Positions 1 to 11,500 of a stretch of 64,000 nucleotides of DNA are shown in pieces. A model generated the notes under the pieces. The model was given only the letters and a program-made list of their open reading frames with translations. It ran no database searches and was not told the DNA's origin. Position 1 is the stretch's first letter; every line of letters begins with the position of its first letter. The DNA is from Laetmonice hystrix (Eukaryota), in NCBI GenBank assembly GCA_965235115.1, contig OZ249437.1, positions 48,608,001 through 48,672,000 of the forward strand, written 5' to 3'. A program made the translations under genes and the position numbers.

Positions 1-479
1 ACCCTGAGGGGCACCATTTTCGGTGCCCCTGACTTTTTCTTATGGCAAGGCCTGGTTTTGAATAATATGGCTGGATTCTTTGGAACAAAAAAATTATTAA
101 GGTCAGCCTAGGTACCACACCAGCAACAAAATTCATGAGTCATTTTATTTACATTCATCACAATACAAAAAATGTATTTTGATGTTTTCTTAAATTTGTA
201 GGAAAGTCACTTCCTGATTCACAGTCAGTCACTGCTGCCAAGCCCCAAGGCATCGGTCTCTAAATGTCTGTGACCCAGCCAAACTTGTGGTCAGGTGGCC
301 ACCCGGAGCCTGTAAAGATTTAGGAGTCTCACGGACTCTTGTCTAAAACCACTCCTGTATGTACATTTATATTTATAAGAGCCAGAGTCTGTAACTATGA
401 ACCAGGCGGTGATACATCATGTTCCTTTTGGCCACTGAAGATTTTTGTGGGCATAGATATATCGTCCAAACTGACAAAA

Positions 480-1400
480 ATCCCTTCAGGGGAAATTACA
501 GCCCTTTCTAGGGTAGGGGTGAGAAGGGCCAAAATAGCGACATAGTCAAAATCTGGACTTTGTCCACGAATATCTTGGTGCGCCCTCAGTAAGCCTCCTT
601 GATCTGTATGGGTCGAGTTCTTGCATTTAGCATAATAATTTTCAAGGCTTACTGAGGGCGCCACCCATAGGGGCGCTTCAAATCATTACTTTTTGCATTT
701 TGGGCTATATTTGAGATCCTCCCAGGGCCTGCGCCCTCATTAAGCCTTGCTTGTTTATGCATATTTGGATACACTGGGACTAGTTCTTTCCAAATATGCA
801 TAAATGGTGGCTTAATTGGGGCGCTTTTGCATAGGTGGCACTTTTTATGGCAAGAACGCGATTTTTCGGCAATTTTCATTTGGCCCTATCTCAGTGCACC
901 CCTATGGATTTCAGTGAAACTTGTTTTATTATGTTCCTCCGTATCTCTGCCATTCATGATAAAATTTTCAAGAAGGCTTTTTGCCTCGTTCCACTCGTTC
1001 CTCGTCACACTCCACTTCATCAAGAAAGACAAAGGTTAGTTCTCCAATGCTCCAATAGGTGGCTCAGCATTCAGGTGGCAGCACTACAGTGACCACATGT
1101 TTTGATGTTTAGCACATAGAGGGTTAATGAGGCAAAAAGCCTTCTTGAAACTTTTATCATGAATAGCAGAGATACAGAGGAACATAATAAAACAAGTTTC
1201 ACTGAAATCCATAGGGGGCACACTGTGATATGGCCAAATGAAAATTGCCTAAAATCGCATTTTTTGACTGCTACTCAGAAGGGATTTGAATAGCAATTCA
1301 TTGCAAATCATACTGTTTTTGAATCGCAAAGGGGTTAAATTGGGTCGCAAACTGCGATGCGAACCCAGGTAAATTATGCCCTGCAATATCAACACATGAT
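480..1400. mobile_element. Foldback / multi-hairpin non-autonomous element
   Basis: Inverted repeats at 580-595/646-661, 731-746/809-824 and 754-769/789-804, plus a ~130-bp pair at ~860-987/1129-1260. No coding capacity. Confidence 0.55.
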
Positions 1401-1903
1401 TATTCCAAAGTCTACTGTGACGTGACAATATTACCATGGTCGTCATAAGACGACAATACATTTATAGGCGTTGCTAAGCCTAAGTGACCTGTCAGTCACT
1501 CCCGGCGCTGATGTTTTCTCTATTCTTTGAATTGACTTGGCGGACACCCGTATCATTATCAATGACTATGGAATGCTGAAACAAAGCCATGCCCCTGGGT
1601 ACCTAAGTATTAGAATTAGTAAATGATTGAGAACCATTCTGATTTCTGTTTGGGTGCAAGGACAACATCAACAGGAACACAAAACAACCGACGCAACTTT
1701 AAGTTTAAGTGCGGTTATTGCTGATAAATAACAAAAGGTACTGAGCTTGCCCAAGAAGGTAAATAAAGGAACAGTAAGAAGGGGAAAGGTCTATTTTTAG
1801 TCCTCTATTACAATACAGGTTCAGCATGTAGCCAGACAAACAAACCGCGACACAGCGACCGACTTGACACTGTGTCACTGTCACTGAGAAGGGAGATGCT
1901 TAC

Positions 1904-1964
1904 CTGCTAGTACGAGATGAAGCCATATCAAGCTCAGAATGGGTAAAAACTCCCCTATATTCAT
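1904..1964 (-). CDS. First coding exon of an unidentified gene with a signal-peptide-like N-terminus (MNIGEFLPILSLIWLHLVLA+G); the gene continues beyond the left edge
   Basis: ATG at 1964-1962 on the minus strand; 20 mostly hydrophobic codons ending in Ala; CAG|GTAAG donor at 1904/1903 in phase 1, typical of signal-peptide exons; lies just downstream of the promoter-like 2100-2430 region. No second exon found in 1-1900. Confidence 0.55.
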
Positions 1965-2099
1965 CGTAAACAATACCCTGAGAAGAGACGGCCGTGTTGG
2001 TAAAACACCGATAGGTAAATCCGTCCTTACGTCCTAGACACTGTAAATTTTATAGGTCCTTCTCCTACTTCCTTTCCGACACACCTCATATCAAACCAA

Positions 2100-2430
2100 G
2101 ACTGCGCGTGCGCTATGTGTATATTTGTGGCTTCCGGAAGAAATAGAAAGAAAGAAATAGGTCAATTATGAAAGATATCAAGCAAACTTATTTTTTTCCG
2201 GAGCATGCATTCGATTAAGCATTAGATGAATACGAGGTCCGAATACGATAATCTAGTCAGGTCTTTTGTTCATAGCACACATTCTTATGCCAAGACATGC
2301 GGACACAGGCCAACAGAGGCCTCCCGTGAATTTTACGACAACATCCACTCTGCCGAGAGAGGGCGGGCTGGTTTGTGTACCTCGATTTTGATTGGTCAAT
2401 TCACCATCGTGGTCAAATTTGAACGAAATC
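2100..2430. promoter_or_regulatory. Bidirectional promoter between the minus-strand gene and KIF23
   Basis: NRF1-like TGCGCGTGCGC (~2103-2113), ETS palindrome CTTCCGGAAG (2131-2140), GC box GGGCGG (2361), inverted CCAAT ATTGG (2391) and CHR-like TTTGAA (2418-2423). The divergent start codons are 580 bp apart. Confidence 0.6.
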
Positions 2431-2543
2431 AGTGAGCAGGGAGTTGGGTATTCTGACAGAGAAAACCCGGGAATATCTAACTATATCAATATAGAACTGT
2501 ATGATAAATCAACCAGGTTCGACTGATAGTGAATGGAACAAAA

Positions 2544-5500
2544 ATGAAGCCGATGTGAGTATGAAATTTTTCTATTAATTAATCTAACGTGAATAGATCT
2601 AAAGCCAAGCAGTAATGCGAGAAATCGCGCACCTGCCATTCGCCCACTGCCACTGCCAGGCAGTACAGTCGGGTTATCAAAATATCGTGTTGGTTCCATT
2701 GTGTTTGCTCTCTCAGTCTCTGATCGAGTCCCGTCTACAACAAGATTCACATAATCTAGAGACTCACTATTTTTGTACAGACTAAACTTAAGCTTAGCTA
2801 GGCCAGTGAAGTGGTCATACTCATAGCCATAGGCTAGGCTAATAATAGGGCCTATTGTAAAAAATGGGCAAACAACCCTGAAAACACCTGGCCTGACTGA
2901 AATCTGCAAGGTATCTCATCTAAACGACAAGAGGGGAGTGGAGGAAGTCCTATAAGTGACATGAGAATAATTAGGCCTACCTCAATTCGTAAAACCTTTG
3001 GGATATTATTCAAATAATTATTTAAATCAGGGGATTTGGCATTATCTACGTTGGTGTAATTAATAAATCTTAATTTAAATATGCGTTGTTTTTTACATCA
3101 GCGACTCAAAGCCAGATATTGTAAATATACGGACCAGTACCTCCTAAAGTGCACTAGTCCGTAAAAACGAGTACTACCTTATTCTCCGTTTTGACTCCTG
3201 CTCTGCCTTTTTAAAACACAAGGCGGTGAAGGCTTGCCTAGCGGGCAATTCCACCGAAAATGTTCCTCTAGGGTGAAAAAATTAAAATCTTACTTTTATA
3301 TCAGTTTTTATATTAATTGAATCACCAAGAGTTGAGGTGTTATAATTTATGCAAATTTTTAACCAAACCGGAAGTCACATGATTTGGCGGCCATCTTGAA
3401 AACTACCTTGTCAACAGAATCAGAGGTCAGTCAACTGTCCCATAGAAATGTGTTGAAAACAGAAAGTGTTTCCAGTAATATGTGCAATATTGTCGGTCAG
3501 CAATGTTAAGGGGTGAATGGAGATCCTTTAGGCACAACATCTGTTTCGAAGTTTAAGTGGATTTTTAATTATGGACGGAAAATAAATAAGTGACAGTGAC
3601 GTTACGTCAGTTACGAAAATGCACATTTTTTCATGTATTTTTTACACTCAACATGCATTCAGGTTGTTTTTTAGTATCCTCTATTAGTGGACCGTTACTG
3701 TCATTTATGCAATAAAAAAAGTTTAAAATTCCTTTTAAATGCAGAGAAATATCCGTAACTGACGTAACAACCTGTAACTGACGTAACAAGATTTCAGAAA
3801 CTGTTACGTCAGTTACATGACAAAGTCTACTCAAATTAAATACCCTGTACCGCAATATGTACCATTATTCGTCAGGCGTGCCTAATGCAGGGTTGCCAAC
3901 ATGTCCGGTTTGCCCGGAAACTGTACGGTTTCAGAGAGTGGTCTACGGTTTTCCGGTGGTCGTAAATGACCGCTATATAAGGTGCCAAGACCGGGGGGAC
4001 AGGGATAGTTCAAATTATACTCACTGGAGCTATAATTCTTGTCATATGACAAGAATTATAGCTCCAGTGAGTAAAATTTGAACTATTTCAGTTGCATTTT
4101 GGGAACATGAGCAAAAAAACTCCCCCATTTTGTGAGTAATTTTAATGGTTTTCTTATCATATGACAAGAATTATAGCTCCAGTGAGTATAATTTGAACTA
4201 TTTCAGTTGCATTTTGGGAACATGAGCAAAAAAACTCCATTTTGTGAGTAATTTTAATGGTTTTCTTCAAAAAGAAAGATTGTCTGGGAAATTCCCAAAC
4301 CTTCTGGTTTTTCATCTGAGATCTTAGGTTTTTTAGTGATTCAATGTTGGCAACCCTGCTAAGTAATGTAGAAGTTGCTAGTACAAAAAACCAGACCACA
4401 TATCCCCAATTATGGTTAAAGTTTCGCTTACAACGTGCATCCACCAATTCCTACTAGAACGATAGTTTCGAAATATATGTTTCGTTCCAGAATCTTTTGG
4501 CCTCTCAAACTGTTGATTCTGCTCATTGCCAATTTATTAATGCCATATATTTTATCCTTCAATGTGATGTTTCATGTGAGGTATGAAACAAAATTCATCA
4601 TATCCTCATAATATTTGCATATTTACGGAAATTAATCTTTAAAAAAGCCTTGTCATCAACCATGACTCAAACTTGTATAAAAATAGGATAGATATTTTAA
4701 TTAATTAACGAAAAAATAAAATAGCTTACAAAGAGAGCTTGGTACCACCAGGGCTCGTTTTAAGCCATGGCAACCACGTCAAGTGCCGTGGTTGCCCTCC
4801 CCACTTGCCGTAGTGCCCTGATTATAGGCGATGTCCACAGCAATAAAATGCCGTGGCTGCCCTTCCTGGTTTGTCTAGATGTGCCTTTCCCATAAAGTCC
4901 ATAAATACCTAATTAACACTCAATTTGAGACAAAATTAAAGCTAACTCTTGGTGCCCCTCCTTTGAAGGAAATGTTTGCCTTGGTGCCCCTCAAACTTGC
5001 CTTGGTGCCCTAAAATTTCTGCCTAGACCCAGGGCAACACTTGCCTTGCCCTAAAAAATTAAAATTCGAGCCTGGTTCCATACATGTCTTGCTGTGATAA
5101 ATGTGAGCTAAGTTGTGCAGAAAAAAACTCACAGGAGAAAGCCCAGATTTAAGACTTAGAGAGGGTGCTTTCTCTGAGGTCCGAATTTTCGCTTATAAAC
5201 CCATAAATATGAAAGGAACAGTCAGTCATACTGCCACCTTCCAATATGCCAGAAAGTTCATTTGAAAAATGAAACATTTCCCAGAATTTTAAGAAGAAAA
5301 TGTCCCCCGAAAATGCCTGAATGTTACGTCAGTTACGATGAATTGCTCATTCAATACTAATATAAAAAACTACTGATAGCTTTAGATAGTACCATTGCTT
5401 TTACATTATTTAAAACTTAGTTGAAGATTTGAATAAAAATTGGATTTGTGGACACTAGCCCTAAGAATGAATCGTATGATATCGAGAAGTGCTTAGAACT

Positions 5501-8500
5501 TGAACTTGTTGCGTCAGTTACAACTATTTTCTGGAGCCATTAGAAATGGTAGATCTATGAACTTCAATACTGAACTTTTGTCAATCTACCTATAACTATA
5601 TACACATGTACTTTTAAAATTAAGTGGTTGAAAAATGAATAGATATATGTGATCAAATATCTATAATACTAAATTTATTAAAACAGTGTATGGCATTATT
5701 TAGTGTAAATCTCCAAAGCTGTCATTTTAATAGTCAGAAAATCAGAAAAGCTTTATCCTATCTGCAAAATGCCCCAAGTTGTATGTAAGGGCAAATATCA
5801 ATGTTTATGAGACGAGATTTAATGATAAAAGTAGGTGGTTAAGTCCATATTTTCATTGTTACATTGTACTTTTTACACCTGTTACGTCAGTTACGCTACA
5901 AGTTACGTCAGTTACGCTAGTTATTTCTAACTGATGACTAATAATTTTTTGCAAGTAGTTTACTCTACAGTTGAAAATGTAAAACTTCATGTTGACCATA
6001 CATTACAAGACACAACAAAGATTCCTGACTTTTCACTTCAGAGCAATATGACTTGCAAGACACTTAGGTTCAAATTACACACTTTTTTATGTTACGTCAG
6101 TTACGACAATCTTTTTGTACCTCCAGATCCTCTTGCATATAATTTGTTGCAATATCTAGTTTTAAACATTGCACATTGGCCTCACTTTTTCATGCATATA
6201 GGTAGGCAAAATTTTTGCTAAGCAGGTTAGCCATAATCCAGCCATAAGTGGTGCTCAAAGTTTCTGAATGTTACGTCAGTTACGGTGGAATTGCCCTATA
6301 GACAGTCTTGCAGGAGATCCACAGGGCTTCAGATAAGGTGCGTATTTACGCACTGAAGTGGTGGAAATATGCAGTAATTTTGAAGACCCTATCGTCAAAA
6401 ACGCATCAGTATTGGGTAATAAAAGCTTCCCATAAGCTGAGTCCTTCTGCACTGAGCGTCAAATATGGTTGGGAGGGGGCTTCTAATGGTCTGCAGTGGT
6501 CAGCAAGCGCTAGCTGGGTGCCAACAGCTGGACACATTGGCACCCTGCTAGTAGGGTGCCAACTAAAAAATACTATAAGTTGTCAGTTTCAGTTGTTCCC
6601 AGCATTAGCAAACACATGCAGGTCAGCTGAAAGTTGGAAGTCAAATACGCAATACTTGTTGAGGATGGGTACTACAATACGCAACCTGAAAAAAGAGGCG
6701 GAGTCAAAAACTCCCCACCTTAAAATATTATCTGAAGCCCTGGATCCACTCGCCCTCTGTCTGGCCTAGCCCTCCTGACCTAGGCAGGCCTAGGTTCAGT
6801 TAGAACCCTGAGTTAATTAGGCTTATAGTAGACTTGACACCCTTTTATTTGATGACAGGCCTAATAAAAATTCCTGCTGGGCAGCACTTGAACCTTTTCA
6901 GTTTTGTGCTAGGCGACTAAAATCAGTGCCAGGCTGGATCGCCCGTTATGGGCACATCCCTGGGGACTAGTGTACTGAATGATCACTGGGCAAGTGGGGT
7001 TGTCTGGGCTTGCTGAAAAAGTACACTGGTGGCCTGCTGGTAAATGTATTAGGCCTATTTACACTGGCAACTTGCTTGTACTTTTTTTCTGCCGCAGGTG
7101 TGCTGAAATCCCCAAATTTTGGGGATTTCAGCACACCTGCGGCAGAAAAAAAGTACAAGCAAGTTGCCAGTGTATTTATATAGTGAGGAGAACCCTCTCT
7201 TATAACTCTACGAACCCTGGAACTGATATAGTGTACGTTAAATTCCTAGTTCATAAATTAAAAAATCTGGTTGCTAGCTGGTATCTTGAACTTTGCATCG
7301 TGTGTTATGTCAATATCTGGTCTGTGATGGATGCTGACGATAAAAATCCATTGTGTTAATTTATCCACAAGGCTTTTGATTTTCACATGCAGGCGCGGCA
7401 AAACCCCCAAGAAGACCCCTCGAAAGGTTCGCAAGGAGACAGATCCCGTGCAGGTGAGAAATAATCCCATTTGCAGAGCCTCCAAATTCAGGTGGAAACA
7501 AATCAGTTCCAAATCATGCCTAATAGAGTTCTCCCTTGCAATGATTACACTGAATCTAATCCTGATCATATTGATCATAAACCAATTCTTATGTAGAATT
7601 GGATGATTGACAAACATTGATTTTTATGTCTGGTTTGCCATTTGCACCATGTCAAACTTGACCCAATGACACTTTATTTGATGTGTGATCCTAGAAAGAA
7701 GCTTTAAATTATTTCCTTTACAGGTGTATTGCAGAGTGCGTCCTCTCGGCAACCCAAATGATGATTCATGTCTCAAAGTGATTTCTCCAACCGTTTTACA
7801 TCTCACGCCATCAGAGGTAGTACCTTCCTCTGTTTTACAGGGACTATGAGCATTCATTAATTATAACCTAGAAGATGAGCAGGGCAGTCCCAACCCCTAA
7901 CATATGTTACAGGACAAATTACTTCAGATTGTCAGTATTATATTGATCATAAGCAGAATGTGTTCTTGTTATGTTGCTAAGTTAACTGTGTGGTACAAGT
8001 TATCTCACAATTTCCTAATCATTAGTTCTCTTGAAATTTTCAAAAAGCCTACCATGATTATGTTAACCCCTGGTATCACTTTTCTTCAGAATTCCCATGC
8101 TTTACGAAATGGTAATGGAAAGGAGGTGAGTTATATGTCCATCTTATGAAATGTTTGAGCAGCACAAACTAAAGTGATCATACATTCAAAGAAAGTTTAG
8201 CATTTATGCATACGTGTTTCTTTTGTGGATTCAAGATATGAAATATCTGATCAGCTTGGCTTTTGTGGCCGACAGAGAGCAATGTGAATAAGGAACTTTA
8301 CATCGTTAAAAAAATTGGTAGAAAGTTTTGTAAATTTTGTTGAGACACAGTTGGATATTTGGCAAAGGAATGCACATATTAGGACCCAATACCGTCTGAA
8401 CTTTAAGCTCTCTTTTTTCAGATGCAGTACTCCTTTCAACATGTCTTTGATGAATTCACCTCACAAAAGGCTCTTTTTGACCATGTTGCCCTACCCTTAG

Positions 8501-11500
8501 TGGAAGATGTTCTTCATGGAAAGAATGGTTTGTTACAAATATTAAGCAGCTTTTTTATAAAGTGGTTATTGTGCTTTCTGATTTCTGGCTGGGAATCAAT
8601 ACCCAGATATTGTTAATCTGCTACATAATAAAATTGCATTTATTTTGGTTGTAGCACTGCTGTTCGCCTATGGTATCACATCATCAGGCAAAACTTTTAC
8701 AATGACTGGGACCCCAACCGACCAAGGCATTCTACCACGCTGCTTAGACGTGATCTTCAACAGTATCGCAGAACTGCAAGCCAAAAAATATGTATGTAAT
8801 AACCCTTTTTAATTTGTTTTGTATACAGTCATAAGTCATGGAAAACAACATAAATTGTCATGGAAAGGTCATGGAATTTTGTTATCAGATTTCTGTGGGA
8901 ACCTTGATCATGGTATCGTATGTTTACTCCTGCATGAAATTGAAGGAGTAAAGTAATAATTTATAAATCATGTTGATAATCCCTAGGTTTTCAAACCAGA
9001 CCGCATGAACCACTTTGATGTGCAACCTGAAGCAGATGCCATGCTTGAACGTCAGCAGAGAGAGATTCTTCCACGATCAAGTTCAATTCCAAAGACTCCT
9101 GGAAGGTCAGGGTAAGTATTTCATTGCTGTTTCACTGCGTGTTTTGGACTCTTAATGCCAGTTATGATATTCAGGGTTTCCTGGAGGATTTCACCTTTTG
9201 AAGGAGAGGGGGGGGGGGGGTGAAAGATTTGGTTGTGGTGGGGGGGAGGGAGGTAACCTAATGTTGAGCATTAAACATTGCCAGGGAGTAACTGATTTTG
9301 GGGGTTGGGGGGGAGTCTCCTCCACCAAAAGGAAACCCTGATGTTATTGCACATGGTTGTAGACAAAATTTTAAAGCATTACCAGCTTGTCAGAATAAAG
9401 TAATATTTTTGTCCTTTAAAATAACATTGGATGCAGTTTTTGCTCTATGTGTTGCATGCAGCTGAGACCGTCGTGGCAGTAGCCAGGCCCTCACTTTGTC
9501 TCTTCTCTGTTATTTATTTCTGTAGTGATTCTGACAGATATGACTGGTCTAAGGTGCACAGAACACGTGATCCTACTGTTGTCTGCGACGTGGAAGAAGA
9601 CAACAATTATACAGTCTTTGTCTCCTATATTGAGATCTACAACAACTATATTTATGACTTGCTCGAAGATCTATCCTACAACCCAATCACAGGGGCCAGG
9701 TGAGATTCTTTTAGTTTATCAGGCATCTGCACCACAGAGGTAAGTGAAAGCATTATCACAGGACATCAGATTTGTTTAGAAAACAAATTTGACGAATAGG
9801 ATCATCTTGATATCTCTCAAATTCAAGTACATATTATTTTGTCCCTTTTTAGGGGCGGGGGTGTATGATAATCTTACAATAAGTTGTGCAGTGAAGTCAC
9901 ATTATTCACATTCATAAGGAAAAAAATGGAAATTCTAGAAAATATGTAACGTAAGTTTTTTTTAATGTTTCCACAAGTTTTTAAAAAGGCTTTTTCCCCT
10001 CCTGTGGTATTTGCAGTCAGCCAACATCGAAGGCTCTGCGTGAGGACAATGGTCACAACATGTACGTTTCAAATGCAGTTGAAGTTGAAGTGAAGTCAAC
10101 AGAGGATGTTTATCAGGTTCTAAATCAGGGCCAGAACAGGCGGAGAGTGGCTCACACAGCTCTCAATGCAGAGTCCTCTCGCTCGCACAGTGTCTTCAAC
10201 ATCCGTCTAGTCCAGGGTCCCCTTGACCCAGTAGGAGAAGAGGTTCTCCAAGACAAAGACAAGATCTGCATCAGCCAACTGTCGCTTGTCGATCTGGCAG
10301 GGTCTGAGAGGACTGGCAGGACACAGAATGCAGGGGTCAGGCTTAGAGAAGCAGGTCAGTGATTTGGTTTACTCTGGTCAGTTGACCAGTTTACAGTATG
10401 AGTGATTGCAGTGAGCAGATTTCAGTTTTGATTTAAGTTGTTTTTGCCTTGCTGCAATATTCTTTTGTCAACATCATAAGAGCACCTCATGATAGGTTGA
10501 GTTTTCTCCCCAGGGAACATAAACCAGTCATTGATGGTACTGAGGACCTGCATTGAATGTTTGAGGGAAAACCAGAAGAACAATGCTAACAAGGTAATTA
10601 AAATCCCATAAGAATTAAGTAAGTAGTAGTAAAATTTTTGCTTATCTTGTGTGTAAGTATTTTTGTTTTACATATATTCTAATGATATTGAAGTACTTTT
10701 GATTCAGCAAACAAATGAATTGTGAATTTTAAATCATGAAATGTTAAAATGACACATGTATAGCACCATATTTTCTTTTATTTTAAAGGTACTGAAAGAT
10801 ATGTTAATAACATAATAATAATAATAATAATACCTGACTCAGTTATTGGACAATTTTTCAAATTGATCACTTGCCACAGGACAAGCAGACTAAAAAATTT
10901 CACTTGCCCGGCTCTGACATCCACATGCCCTCTATACTTGCCCGACCATGCAATCAACTTGCCCCGGGCAATACGAATTGGCCATCACTGTGACTGGAAC
11001 ATGAAAAGATTTTCAGGAATATAACTAAGAAAGTGTCATTACATGTTATGACTAACTGTGCACTGATTCTTGCAATTTTATTGTAGATGGTTCCATACAG
11101 GGATTCCAAAGTGACACATCTTTTCAAGAATTATTTTGATGGTGAAGGCAAAGTTCGCATGATTGTGTGTGTCAATCCAAAGGCAGACGAATATGATGAA
11201 ACCATGGTAAGAAACTTTTTTTATGCTAGAAATGTTAATGGGGTTTTAATTTTACATATTACTAAATACTTTATTTTGCCCCCCATACAGCATTTTCTTG
11301 TTCTCTGTAATTTGGCAAGTAGATATGCAAGTAAGGGTTTGACACTGTATGGCTTTATAGAGAGAACATTTACGTATCATTTCGTGTTGACTGCAGCAAG
11401 TGATGCGCTTTTCTGAGATGACCCAAGAGGTAGAGGTGGCTCGGCCCCAACAGGTTCAATTTGATGTTGGGTTGACCCCCGGGAGACGCAGGCGTAATAA

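Larger units (their letters stand above)
3243..6296. mobile_element. ~3-kb non-autonomous TIR element with nested MITEs; superfamily unassigned
   Basis: 14-bp TIR GGGCAATTCCACCG at 3243-3256, inverted at 6283-6296; ten internal copies of GTTACGTCAGTTAC; no clear TSD; no transposase ORF. Confidence 0.65.

Noticed and set aside
2481-2909. 142-aa minus-strand ORF
   Set aside because: Antisense to KIF23 exon 1 and intron 1; no recognisable homology.
6308-6769. 153-aa ORF
   Set aside because: Coincides with a 421-bp MITE; no transposase motifs.
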